Source: an uncultured Erysipelotrichaceae bacterium
GTDB lineage: Bacteria > Bacillota_I > Bacilli_A > RF39 > UBA660
DNA: 64,000 nucleotides
NCBI GenBank assembly: GCA_902775285.1
Contig: CACYLI010000007.1
Coordinates: 5,533 to 69,532, forward strand
Direction: 5' to 3'
Shown here: positions 34,690 to 44,567 of the stretch, in pieces
Position numbering within the stretch: the stretch's first letter is position 1
Layout: the number at the start of each line of letters is the position of its first letter
Position numbers and translations under genes: made by a program
The notes under the pieces: model-generated
The model's input: only the letters and a program-made list of their open reading frames with translations
What the model was told of the DNA's origin: nothing
Database searches by the model: none

Positions 34690-34690
34690 A

Positions 34691-34720
34691 AACATTTGAA
34701 AAACATCAAATGTTTTTTTA
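34691..34720 (+). terminator. terminator after rbgA-lysE
   Basis: AACATTTGA-N6-TCAAATGTT followed by a T6 run. Confidence 0.7.
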
Positions 34721-34822
34721 TCTAAAAAAAGTTATGGTTTTAAAAAATAAATATTTTTTTGATACTAAAAATTGATAAAAAAAACATAAATAAATTTTTT
34801 TGTGAAAATTAGCATTTTAATG

Positions 34823-34851
34823 TTTACTTTTAAATAATTTGCTCTTATAAT
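34823..34851 (+). promoter_or_regulatory. candidate promoter of lon (TTTACT-17-TATAAT)
   Basis: TTTACT at 34823-28 and TATAAT at 34846-51. Confidence 0.4.
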
Positions 34852-34878
34852 ATTAACTCATAAGGCAAGGAGGCAAAC

Positions 34879-37197
34879 ATGATAAAAAGTAATTTACCTG
34901 TTATTTTACTTAAAAACCTTGTATTGTTACCTCATCAAGAAGTGAGAGTAGAAATTAAGAGTAATGTAAGTAAAAAAGTTACTGAAATATCAAAGATGTA
35001 CCACGATAGTGAAGTACTTGTTGTTTGTCCCTTAAATTCTCTTGAAGAAAAACCAGATGCTAGTGATTTGCCTAAAATAGGCGTTGTTGGAAAGATTAAA
35101 AGTGTTATTGAATTACCTAATGGTAATATGAGAATTATTATTTCTGGACTATATAGAGTTAAAGTAATAAGTTATGTAAATTATTCAAATGAAGAAGAAG
35201 TACTTGATAGTATTATTACTAGTATAGATAATAATGAAAGTGAAATAGAAACAACTGCTTATTCTCGTAAATTAATGAGTGAACTAGAAAGTTATGTAAA
35301 TAAGAATCCATTTATAACTAATTCAATTATGTCTCAATTAAAACCAGGTGTTTCTTTAGATAAAATGACTGATTTAATTGGTGGTTTTTTAACTCTTTCT
35401 TTTGAAAAGAAACTATCTTTAATGCTAGATAGTTCACCTATTAGTAGAAGTAAAACATTAATAAAAGAAATTGCTATTGAAAGTGCTGTTATAGATTTAG
35501 AAAGTCATATAGAAACTCAAATTAAAAAAACTTTAGATGATTCTGAAAAAGAATATATTTTGAAAGAAAAATTAAAAGTCATTAAAGATGAACTTGGAGA
35601 AAGTATTAGTAAAGAAGAAGAAGTAATTAATTTAAGAGATAAAGTAAATCTTGGTAATTATCCTGAAAAGATAAAAAAGAAATTATTAAGTGAAATTGAT
35701 AGATATGATTCTTCTAGTGAAATGAGTCCAGATGCTGGTATTATTAGAAACTATATTGAATATTTACTTAGTATTCCTTGGTTAAAATCTACTCGTGATG
35801 AAAAAGATTTAATAAAAATAGAAAAGAAACTTAATTCATCTCATTATGGAATGAATGAAGCTAAAAATAGAATTATTGAATATATAGCAGTAAAAAGTAT
35901 TAGTGATGAAGTTAATAGTCCTATTATTTGTCTAGTAGGTCCTCCTGGTGTTGGAAAAACAACTTTTGCTGAATCAATATCATCTGCTTTGAATAGACAA
36001 TTTGTTAAAATTTCTTTAGGTGGTATGAGTGATTCATCAGAACTTGTTGGACATAGACGTGCATATATTGGTTCAAATCCAGGTAAAATTGTTTCATCAT
36101 TAATAAAATGTGAAAGTAATAATCCAGTATTTTTATTAGATGAAGTTGATAAATTAAAAAAAGATTATAAAGGAGATCCAGCATCTACATTGCTTGATAT
36201 TTTAGATGTTAGTCAAAATAAAAGATTTGTAGATAATTATGTTGATGAAGAAATTGATTTAAGTAAAGTTCTTTTTATTTTAACAGCTAATGATATTTCA
36301 TCTATTCCAATTGCTTTATTAGATAGACTTGAAATAATTAATTTAGAAGGGTATAGTGATGAAGAGAAAGTATTTATTTGTGAAAATTATTTAATACCTA
36401 ATATATTAAAAAAACATGGACTTAAAAATAATACTATAAAGATTGAAACAGAAGCTATTTATAAAATAATAAATGATTATACAAGTGAAGCAGGTGTTAG
36501 AGAACTTGAAAGATCAATAAGTAAAATTATTAGAAAAGTAATTACAGAACATATAAAATCATCAAGAAAAATTGTAAGTATAAGAATACATGAAAATGAT
36601 TTATCTAAATATTTAGATAAAGAATTATATGAAAATAAAAATAAAAGAGAAATTAATCATACAGGAGTTATTCATGCTGTTGCATGTAATAATTTAGGAG
36701 GTGCTACTTTAGATATAGAATGTTCAATGTTTCAAGGCTCTGGAAATGTTACATATACTGGTTCTCTTGGAGATATAACTAAAGAAAGTATTGATGTAGC
36801 AATTAGTTATATAAAAAGCAATTATAAAGAATTTGAAATAGATAATAATATATTTAAAGAAAATGATATTCATATTCATTTTACTGAAGCAGGAGTTAAT
36901 AAAGATGGACCTTCTGCTGGTAGTGCTATTATTACAGTAATCTTATCTCTTATAAAGAATATTAAAATTCCTGATAATATTTCAATGAGTGGAGAAATAT
37001 CATTAAAAGGAGATATATTAAAAGTTGGTGGAATTAAAGAAAAAGCAATAGCTGCTAAAAGAAATAATATTAATAAAATTTTTATTCCAAAAGAAAACTT
37101 AAATGATGTTGAATGGTTAGAACAAAATCTAAAAAATAGTATTGAATTTATTGGAGTATCTAATTATTTAGAAATTTATAAAGAAATATTCTCATAA
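34879..37197 (+). CDS. lon: ATP-dependent Lon protease (LonA)
   Basis: N-terminal LON domain (LPVILLKNLVLLPH), Walker A GPPGVGKTT, and protease Ser in DGPSAG. Confidence 0.95.
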   Translation: MIKSNLPVILLKNLVLLPHQEVRVEIKSNVSKKVTEISKMYHDSEVLVVCPLNSLEEKPDASDLPKIGVVGKIKSVIELPNGNMRIIISGLYRVKVISYVNYSNEEEVLDSIITSIDNNESEIETTAYSRKLMSELESYVNKNPFITNSIMSQLKPGVSLDKMTDLIGGFLTLSFEKKLSLMLDSSPISRSKTLIKEIAIESAVIDLESHIETQIKKTLDDSEKEYILKEKLKVIKDELGESISKEEEVINLRDKVNLGNYPEKIKKKLLSEIDRYDSSSEMSPDAGIIRNYIEYLLSIPWLKSTRDEKDLIKIEKKLNSSHYGMNEAKNRIIEYIAVKSISDEVNSPIICLVGPPGVGKTTFAESISSALNRQFVKISLGGMSDSSELVGHRRAYIGSNPGKIVSSLIKCESNNPVFLLDEVDKLKKDYKGDPASTLLDILDVSQNKRFVDNYVDEEIDLSKVLFILTANDISSIPIALLDRLEIINLEGYSDEEKVFICENYLIPNILKKHGLKNNTIKIETEAIYKIINDYTSEAGVRELERSISKIIRKVITEHIKSSRKIVSIRIHENDLSKYLDKELYENKNKREINHTGVIHAVACNNLGGATLDIECSMFQGSGNVTYTGSLGDITKESIDVAISYIKSNYKEFEIDNNIFKENDIHIHFTEAGVNKDGPSAGSAIITVILSLIKNIKIPDNISMSGEISLKGDILKVGGIKEKAIAAKRNNINKIFIPKENLNDVEWLEQNLKNSIEFIGVSNYLEIYKEIFS

Positions 37198-37214
37198 AAG
37201 AATATTTCTTTTCA
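37181..37214 (+). terminator. hairpin after lon
   Basis: AAGAAATATT-N10-AATATTTCTT (10 bp) followed by TTTC. Confidence 0.5.
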
Positions 37215-37238
37215 TATATTTTAAAGAAAGGAGAATAT

Positions 37239-37925
37239 ATGAAAGAGATTATTCCAATAAAAAAAGATATTATTTTTAAAACTAAAATAGGGGAAATAAC
37301 TAATATTAATTTAGATTTAGATTATAAAATAAACAATGATTTAATTGATGGAAATGTTTTATTAAATGGTACATATAAAATGACAGAGGCAAGTTTACTT
37401 GAAGATGAATTTGATTATAAGATACCATTTGGAGTATCTATATCTAAAAAAGTTGATAAAAATAGCATTAAAATAGAAATAGATGATTTTAAATATAATA
37501 TTTCTAAGGATGTAATGAATGCTAATATTGATTTAGAATTAACTTGTAATGAAGAATCTGAAAAAGAAGAAACAAAAGAAGAAAATGAAATAAATAATAT
37601 AATAGAAGAAAGTAATAATGAAGAAATAAATGATTTATTAGAAAATGATACTTACTTAGAAAATAATTTTTTAGAAGATAATACAACTATAAATGAAGAA
37701 GTAAATAATATAAATATAGAAGAAAATGTTAATAATATAACAAATAATTTTATAAATAATGATAATAAATATTATACATATAAAGTATATATTGTAAGAG
37801 AAGGAGATACTATTGAATCTATATGTAATAAATATAATATTAATGTAGAAGATATAAAAGATTATAATGATTTAAGTGAAATAAATGTAGGAGATAAAAT
37901 AATTATTCCATATTTAAATGACTAA
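37239..37925 (+). CDS. SpoVID-like spore coat morphogenetic protein (N-terminal domain, acidic Asn/Glu-rich linker, C-terminal LysM)
   Basis: C-terminal LysM (YKVYIVREGDTIESICNKYNINVEDIKDYNDL...GDKIIIP). The architecture and the position ahead of a ysxE-like gene mirror B. subtilis spoVID-ysxE. Confidence 0.55.
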   Translation: MKEIIPIKKDIIFKTKIGEITNINLDLDYKINNDLIDGNVLLNGTYKMTEASLLEDEFDYKIPFGVSISKKVDKNSIKIEIDDFKYNISKDVMNANIDLELTCNEESEKEETKEENEINNIIEESNNEEINDLLENDTYLENNFLEDNTTINEEVNNINIEENVNNITNNFINNDNKYYTYKVYIVREGDTIESICNKYNINVEDIKDYNDLSEINVGDKIIIPYLND

Positions 37926-38736
37926 AAGGAAAATAAATAGTATTTTTATTGAAGAAAAAAGTGTCAAAAAGAAAAGAAATGATAAGTTAATAGAATTATA
38001 TAATTTTTTTGATAAAGTAGGATTTGATAATTATCCAAAAATAATTAATTATGATGAAAAATATATTAATAGTGAATATATAGAAAGAAAAAATGTACAT
38101 GAATATAGTGATGGTATAGAACTTATTAAAACTGTTGCCTTATTACATTCAAAAACTACTAGTTTAAAAAAAATAAATAAAAATAAATATAGAAGTGTTT
38201 ATGAAAAAATATCTGGTAATATTGAATATTTAAAGAAATATTATTTATCGTTTGTAAAAGAAATTGAAGATAAAGAATTTATGTCACCAAAAGAGTATTT
38301 ATTTATTCGTCATTATAATGTTTTTGATAGTGCTTTAAAATACTCTCAAAATAGTTTAAAAAAATGGTTTAAAATGGTTGAAAATAAAGAAGAAGAAAGA
38401 GTATGTACAGTACATAATAATTTATCTTTAAATCATTTTATAATAGGGGATAATAATTATTTAATAAGTTTTGATAATTATTTGGTTGATACTCCAGTTC
38501 TTGATTTATATAAATTTTATAAAAAAGATGGATATAAATTAAATTATAATTTATTATTAAAAGAATACAATAATATATTTCCTTTAACAGAAGAAGAAAA
38601 AATACTTCTTAATAGTTTAATAGCTATTCCTCCTAAAATAGAAGTACTTTCTAATGAAATATTAGATTGTAAAAATATAAGAAATACAATTATATATATT
38701 AAAAATGGTATAAAAATAGTTAGTGAAAATAAATAA
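37918..38736 (+). CDS. YsxE/CotS-like kinase-fold spore coat protein
   Basis: VHNNLSLNHFIIGDNNYLISFDN is an APH/CotS-type catalytic loop. Overlaps the end of the spoVID-like gene. Confidence 0.5.
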   Translation: MTKRKINSIFIEEKSVKKKRNDKLIELYNFFDKVGFDNYPKIINYDEKYINSEYIERKNVHEYSDGIELIKTVALLHSKTTSLKKINKNKYRSVYEKISGNIEYLKKYYLSFVKEIEDKEFMSPKEYLFIRHYNVFDSALKYSQNSLKKWFKMVENKEEERVCTVHNNLSLNHFIIGDNNYLISFDNYLVDTPVLDLYKFYKKDGYKLNYNLLLKEYNNIFPLTEEEKILLNSLIAIPPKIEVLSNEILDCKNIRNTIIYIKNGIKIVSENK

Positions 38737-38768
38737 TCTACTTGTTGTAGATTTTTATTTTTTTTTGT
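38735..38768 (+). terminator. terminator after the ysxE-like gene
   Basis: AATCTAC-TTGTT-GTAGATT followed by a long T-rich run. Confidence 0.65.
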
Positions 38769-38802
38769 TATATAATTATATACAGAATAAGGAGTTTTTA
38801 AT

Positions 38803-40101
38803 ATGGAAAAGAATAAAAATGGATTTATTTCAATGACGCTTGTATATACATTTTTAATAGTATTCTTATTTTTAATGTTAGCAATTTTAACAGCATATAT
38901 ACAAAAAGATAAATTTATGGAAACAATAGATAGTAAAATATCAGAAGATATTGGTTATGATAAACAAACAAAAACAACGGTATTAAATACTATAATATCT
39001 GATAACACACCTGTTTCAATAGATAATGAGAAAAATAATATATATTTATTTGATATAGCAAATGCAGATTTTGGCAATGGAAATGGACTTTATTACACAA
39101 CAAAAGTAGAAATATCTGATGAAAATAATGATGGAGTATCATCAAGAATGTATTTTTTTAGAGGGACTGTTGAAAATAATCATTTGATATTTGCAAAAAA
39201 ATGTTGGAGAATTGTAAGAACAAATGAAAATGGAAGTATAAGACTTAGATATAATGGAGAACCAATATATCTTAATAATACACCAAATTGTCCAACAGTA
39301 GATATGTTAAAAGATTATGCAGCAGGACCTAATTATAAACAAAGTGATGTGAGTAATGCAAGTAGTGAAACTGATAAAGATAAAGGAGTAGCAGTATTTA
39401 CAAATGGAGGATTACAAGATAAAGCATATCATTATGCTTCAATAGGAAAAGCAAAATTTAATGAAAATTCAAGTAGTAATTTAGGACTTAAATATGTAAA
39501 CGATTCAAATACATTTAGTCCAACTAAGGCAATTCTAGATACATGGTTTGTAAATAATTTAAAAAATTATATGGATTATATATCACCATCATCATTTTGT
39601 AATGATTATGAAAAACAAAATTCAAAATCAATAGTACCTGTTGCAACACCAGGAAGTAGTAAAAACAAATATAAAAAATCAGATTGGACAAATACAGTTA
39701 GTTTAAAATGCTCTAATAATGAAAATTATACGACAACATTGGATATAACTGGAAACAAACAATTATACTATCCAATTGGATTATTAAGTGCTCAAGAAAT
39801 AGCTTTAGCAGGAGGATATTTAACAAATGGAACTGATCAATATAAAGGTGGTGTATATGGAATTGATAATAAAAACTTTTATTTATATACAGGAACATCT
39901 TTTTGGACAATGAGTCCATATGAATCTAATGAAACTGGTGCAAAAGTTATATATTTTGATAAAGATGGATATATGCAAGGGGATAAAAGCGCTGCATTAG
40001 TTAGTAATTCATATGATGTAATACCAGTAATATCAATAAATGGTAATAGTGTAATATCAAGTGGAAAAGGTACATCAAATAATCCATATATAGTGAGGTG
40101 A
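38803..40101 (+). CDS. large prepilin-like (class III signal-like) secreted protein lacking Glu+5
   Basis: MEKNKNG|FISMTLVYTFLIVFLFLMLAIL N-terminus. The C-terminal FWTMSP...VIPVISI...GKGTSNNPYIV module is shared with the 21626 and 46907 proteins. Confidence 0.6.
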   Translation: MEKNKNGFISMTLVYTFLIVFLFLMLAILTAYIQKDKFMETIDSKISEDIGYDKQTKTTVLNTIISDNTPVSIDNEKNNIYLFDIANADFGNGNGLYYTTKVEISDENNDGVSSRMYFFRGTVENNHLIFAKKCWRIVRTNENGSIRLRYNGEPIYLNNTPNCPTVDMLKDYAAGPNYKQSDVSNASSETDKDKGVAVFTNGGLQDKAYHYASIGKAKFNENSSSNLGLKYVNDSNTFSPTKAILDTWFVNNLKNYMDYISPSSFCNDYEKQNSKSIVPVATPGSSKNKYKKSDWTNTVSLKCSNNENYTTTLDITGNKQLYYPIGLLSAQEIALAGGYLTNGTDQYKGGVYGIDNKNFYLYTGTSFWTMSPYESNETGAKVIYFDKDGYMQGDKSAALVSNSYDVIPVISINGNSVISSGKGTSNNPYIVR

Positions 40102-40106
40102 AACAA

Positions 40107-41360
40107 ATGAAAAAAAATGGTTTTGTATTTGTTGAAAGTATAGTGGTATTAATGGTAGTAGCTTTATCAGTAGCAATGCTCATAGCAAGTTATTCACTAG
40201 TATCAAGAAAAACAAAAGAAAAAGAAAATTACGATAAAGCAAGTGATAGATACTTATTATATTCAATAAGTAATTTAGGAGCAAGCGATAATTGTAATTA
40301 TGCTACTGCCAGTACGACAATAGATGAATGTAATAAACTAAATATAGAAGTAAATATAAATAATTGTGAAAGTAGTAAAACTGGATATTTAATGAAAGAT
40401 TGTAAGAAAGTATTTGAAGATACAAATCTTAAAAATTTATATGTAGTACAAAATGTAAGAAATACATTAAATGATCTTGATAATGAAGGTAATAAAATAA
40501 CAAATGGACAATCTGCTGTAGAAAAATATACACCTGGAACAATAGAATATATGAAAACCTTAAAAAAATGTAATGATTTAAATGAATATTATGAAGATCC
40601 AGAAACAGGTAAAATTACATATATTAATAAAAATAAATCAACAGATATTTGTCAAAATCCAATAACATATATGATAGGAGAATTTGAAAGAGGAGGAGAA
40701 TATTATTATGCATCTATTGAACTAGGTGAAATAACTTTAGATTCTACTTCAAATTCTACTTCAAAAAAAGTTGGATGGGTAATAGAAGGATCTTTATATC
40801 CAATTAATAAACAAAAGTGGTATTTTTATGATGACAATGGTGTAAGATTAACCGGAGGCCCTTGGTATCTAACAGCTCACACTCCTAGAATAGGAAATTT
40901 TGACAACAATATAAATGGTTCTGGTTATTATCATGTAAATGGATTAAATGAGTATTATTTTGATGAATATGGAGTAATGTATACAGGATGGAAAAAAGTT
41001 GGAAATGAAATGAAATATTTTAAGAATGTTGATACAGATGGTGCCAAAGGAGTAGATGGTGGAACTGTTAGTGGTTTTGTAACAATGCAAGATGGAAAGA
41101 TTTATTATTTTACTTCTTTGCAAATTCCAAATATAACTTTTGGTTCTATTAAAACTACAGTGTACACTACTGATAAATGTTATGTATGTCCTGATGATAA
41201 ATATGATGCAAGTAAATGTACAGAACCATGCCCTGATACATTAACTGGAACTGAAGTTATTAGAAGTATTATTAGAAATACTGATGGAAAAGGTGTTTTA
41301 TTTGATAATGAAGGTAATTGTATTGAAGGAACTTGTAACTTCTATAAGAAAATAAATTAA
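40107..41360 (+). CDS. prepilin-type N-terminal cleavage/methylation protein with C-terminal choline-binding-type cell-wall repeats and Cys-rich tail
   Basis: MKKNG|FVFVESIVVL is the canonical G/FxxxE motif. GAGGTG lies 6 nt before ATG 40107. CW_binding-like repeats (GWVIEG..KWYFYDDNGVRLTG, EYYFDEYGVMYTGWKKVG, DGKIYYF). Confidence 0.7.
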   Translation: MKKNGFVFVESIVVLMVVALSVAMLIASYSLVSRKTKEKENYDKASDRYLLYSISNLGASDNCNYATASTTIDECNKLNIEVNINNCESSKTGYLMKDCKKVFEDTNLKNLYVVQNVRNTLNDLDNEGNKITNGQSAVEKYTPGTIEYMKTLKKCNDLNEYYEDPETGKITYINKNKSTDICQNPITYMIGEFERGGEYYYASIELGEITLDSTSNSTSKKVGWVIEGSLYPINKQKWYFYDDNGVRLTGGPWYLTAHTPRIGNFDNNINGSGYYHVNGLNEYYFDEYGVMYTGWKKVGNEMKYFKNVDTDGAKGVDGGTVSGFVTMQDGKIYYFTSLQIPNITFGSIKTTVYTTDKCYVCPDDKYDASKCTEPCPDTLTGTEVIRSIIRNTDGKGVLFDNEGNCIEGTCNFYKKIN

Positions 41361-42248
41361 AGCTAATAATAAAATAAATAATAAAGAGAATAATAGTTTA
41401 GTAATTATTATTCTTTTTTTATTTATATTATAGTCACTAAGTATTGAAAAAGATTGAAATAGAATAGATAAACTACTAATAGTAAGACTAAATAAAGTTA
41501 ATATAAATTTTAAATGTATATTATTTATAGTACTTATTATATTTATAGCATTTGTTATTTCAATTGTTGAATAAATAATTGATTTTAAAATAATGTTTAT
41601 TTTTGTATATTTATTTATTATATTTAATATAATAGTAAAAAATATTAAGTTGCCTAAAATTATAGATAATGTATTAAATGCTTTTAATATAGATTTTTTT
41701 AAGATTATAAATAGATTATTATCTTTTATAATATTAACTTTTTCTAATTGATTTGATTTATCTTTTCTTAAAAATAATCCAATTAATATATTATTTAAAA
41801 GAGTTAAAAAATATAATAATAGTCCAATTTTAAAACTATTAAATATAGTTAATCCTATAGTACCAATTACAAAAGAAATAGATGGAAAATAAGTAAAACA
41901 TAATAGTTTATTAGCTGTATTAATATCTATTATTTTTTTATCTAATAAATCTTTTATATATAATGAATTACATGGTTGACTAGTTAAAATACTAAGTATA
42001 AAAACAATAGTTGTATTTTTATCTATATTAAATAATTTTGAAATTGTTTTTCCAAAAATTTTATTTAAAAAAATATGATAATCATAATAAATTAATATGT
42101 CACTTAATATAATAAATGGAAAAATTGTTACAAATAATTTATTAAAGAATAATATAGTTGCATCTTTCGTTGATGATATTACTATATCCAAGTTTATAAT
42201 AAATACAATAAATATTATTGTAATGATTATATATTTTAATCTTTTCAT
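41298..42248 (-). CDS. YlbJ-like sporulation integral membrane protein (nucleoside-recognition/Gate domain)
   Basis: 316 aa and polytopic. The N-terminus (ATILFFNKLFVTIFPFIILSDIL...) resembles YlbJ. Neighbours a ylbL-like gene as in Bacillus. Confidence 0.6.
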   Translation of the reverse strand: MKRLKYIIITIIFIVFIINLDIVISSTKDATILFFNKLFVTIFPFIILSDILIYYDYHIFLNKIFGKTISKLFNIDKNTTIVFILSILTSQPCNSLYIKDLLDKKIIDINTANKLLCFTYFPSISFVIGTIGLTIFNSFKIGLLLYFLTLLNNILIGLFLRKDKSNQLEKVNIIKDNNLFIILKKSILKAFNTLSIILGNLIFFTIILNIINKYTKINIILKSIIYSTIEITNAINIISTINNIHLKFILTLFSLTISSLSILFQSFSILSDYNINKKRIIITKLLFSLLFILLLALIYFLIEVTSSFNTITFIIK

Positions 42249-42292
42249 ATGTTTTCCTATCTGTGATATAATATTAATGAGGTAATAAAAAT

Positions 42293-43294
42293 ATGATTAA
42301 AAAAATTATTAATATAATAAAAGAAGAACTTAAAAATAATTATAGATTTTATTTAATTATTTTATTTTTTATAATTATTTTTTCTATTAAATTTGATTAT
42401 TATATATATTCACCTGGAAGTTTAGTAGATTTAACAGATAGAATTGAAGTTGAAAATAGTAATGAATCAAAGGGTAGTTTTAATTTAACTTATGTTACTG
42501 CTAGAAATGGAACTATTCCAAATATAATACTTTCTTATATTATTCCTTCATGGGATTTAGAATCTTTAGATAATATGAGAATTGAAAATGAAAATGAAAA
42601 AGAAATAGTAGCAAGAGATAAAGTTTATTTAAAAGAAACTAGTTATGATGCAATAATCGCAGCATTTAGTGAAGCTGGTATTGAATATGAAGTAAAAGAT
42701 ATAGATGTTAGTGTTACTGTTGTATATGATATATCAGATACAGACTTAAAAGCAGGGGATATAATTAAAAAAGTTAATAATGAAGAAGTAAATAATTTTG
42801 ATGAATTAAAAAGAATTATTTCTAATTATAAAGAAAATGATAGAATTAATATTAGTGTTTTAAGAAATGGAAAAGAAGTTGAATGTTATAGTGTTTTAAA
42901 AAAGGAAAATGATAGAGTAATAATTGGTGTGTCTCTTGCAGAATTAAAAAATGTTATAACTACTCCTAAAGTTAATTATGTATTTAAAGATAATGAAAGT
43001 GGCTCATCAAGAGGACTTATGTGTGCTTTAGATATTTATAATAAAATAACTGAATTTGATTTAACAAAGGGTAGAAAAATATCTGGTACTGGAAGTATTG
43101 ATGAAAATGGTAAAGTAGGAGCAATATCAGGAGTTAAATATAAATTAATTGGAGCAGTTAAAAAGAATGCAGATATTTTTATAGTACCAAGTGATAATTA
43201 TGAAGAAGCAATTAATTTAAAGAAAAAAAATAATTATGATATTGAAATAATTGAAGCAGATAATTTACATAATGTAATTGAAAAATTAAAATAA
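42293..43294 (+). CDS. YlbL/SepM-like membrane-anchored PDZ + Lon-C-terminal serine protease
   Basis: N-terminal TM helix, a PDZ segment (AGDIIKKVNNEEVNNFDELKRII) and a Lon_C-like region (SGSSRGLMCALDIYNKI...GTGSID..G.VGAISGVKYK). Confidence 0.75.
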   Translation: MIKKIINIIKEELKNNYRFYLIILFFIIIFSIKFDYYIYSPGSLVDLTDRIEVENSNESKGSFNLTYVTARNGTIPNIILSYIIPSWDLESLDNMRIENENEKEIVARDKVYLKETSYDAIIAAFSEAGIEYEVKDIDVSVTVVYDISDTDLKAGDIIKKVNNEEVNNFDELKRIISNYKENDRINISVLRNGKEVECYSVLKKENDRVIIGVSLAELKNVITTPKVNYVFKDNESGSSRGLMCALDIYNKITEFDLTKGRKISGTGSIDENGKVGAISGVKYKLIGAVKKNADIFIVPSDNYEEAINLKKKNNYDIEIIEADNLHNVIEKLK

Positions 43295-43336
43295 ATATAA
43301 AGTGTTTTTATAATTTATAACCAATAATATTAATGG

Positions 43337-44566
43337 GTGATAATATTGAATTATAATATAAAAAACACTTTATTATTTATTAATGAAAATTTTGATATGG
43401 AATATGATAAATGGAATAAAAATGATAAATATGGTAGTTTTTTACTAGGAGAATCAAGTGAATCTTTTTTATCTATTGGTTTATCTAAAAGAAAAGTAAT
43501 TATTGATAAATCTAAAGTAATAAAAATACTTAATAAACATAAAAGTATGTCTAATGATATTATTAAAAAAATACCATTAATATTAAGTAATCCATTATTG
43601 ATTATGAAATCTAAAACAGTAAGTGGAAGAATAGTTGTATTTGGAGAAGTTTTTGATGAACTTAAAACTCCTGTTATGATAGCTTTAGAATTAAATCCAT
43701 ATGAAAATAAATATAATAGTGAAAAAATATATAAAGTAGCTAGTGCTTATGGAAAAGAAAGCTTAAAAAAGTATTTTGAAGTTTGTGAAGATATTATCTA
43801 TGTTGGGAATAAGAATAGAATAAATGAATGGTTGGATGAAACAGGATATAAGTTAGCTTTAAATAAAAGTAATAATGTTAAAATAAAAGATATTATTGAA
43901 AGTGAAAGACCTAGAGAAAGAGCTATTAAGTATGGTGTTGAGAATTTATCAAATGAAGAGTTACTTGCTATTATACTTAAAACTGGTACTAAAGAGTTAA
44001 ATGTAAAAGAATTATCAAATAAAATACTTAGTAAAATAAAAAATATACAAGATTTAAAAAACGTTACTTCTTCTTTTTTAATGCAAATTAAGGGAATTGG
44101 TAAAGTAAAAGCAATTACTTTGTTATCTTCTTTAGAACTTGGTAAAAGAGTATATTATAGTGTAGTAAAAGAAAGCATTAGATTAAATAATTCTTCTAAA
44201 GTATATGATTATTTTAAAGATTTATTTATTAATGAAAAACAAGAATATTTTTATGCTATATATTTAGATTCTAAATCTAAACTTATATCATATAAGCTAT
44301 TATTTAAAGGAACTATTAATACTTCTTGTGTTCATCCAAGAGAAGTATTTAAATATGCTTTTTTAGAAAGTGCTGTATCTATAATTGTTATACATAATCA
44401 TCCATCTGGAGACCCTACACCTAGTATTCAAGATAAGGAAGTAACTTCTTCACTTTTTGAAATAGGGAAAATTATGTCACTTCCAGTAGTTGATCATATA
44501 GTATTTGGTGATAATAAATATTTTAGTTTTTATGAATATATTAATAATAAAGAGAATAATATTTAA
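43337..44566 (+). CDS. radC: RadC (JAB/MPN) protein with an extra ~185-aa N-terminal domain
   Basis: The C-terminal half is canonical RadC (ERPRERAIKYG..LSNEELLAIILKTG, GIGKVKA, HNHPSGDPTPSIQD). The N-terminal extension is unrelated to RadC. The start is uncertain (GTG 43337 or ATG 43397). Confidence 0.8.
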   Translation: MIILNYNIKNTLLFINENFDMEYDKWNKNDKYGSFLLGESSESFLSIGLSKRKVIIDKSKVIKILNKHKSMSNDIIKKIPLILSNPLLIMKSKTVSGRIVVFGEVFDELKTPVMIALELNPYENKYNSEKIYKVASAYGKESLKKYFEVCEDIIYVGNKNRINEWLDETGYKLALNKSNNVKIKDIIESERPRERAIKYGVENLSNEELLAIILKTGTKELNVKELSNKILSKIKNIQDLKNVTSSFLMQIKGIGKVKAITLLSSLELGKRVYYSVVKESIRLNNSSKVYDYFKDLFINEKQEYFYAIYLDSKSKLISYKLLFKGTINTSCVHPREVFKYAFLESAVSIIVIHNHPSGDPTPSIQDKEVTSSLFEIGKIMSLPVVDHIVFGDNKYFSFYEYINNKENNI

Positions 44567-44567
44567 T

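Noticed and set aside
34720-34878. Looked for CtsR (GGTCAAA repeats) or CIRCE (TTAGCACTC-N9-GAGTGCTAA) operators upstream of lon.
   Set aside because: Only a partial TTAGCA is present, and no repeat or inverted partner was found.
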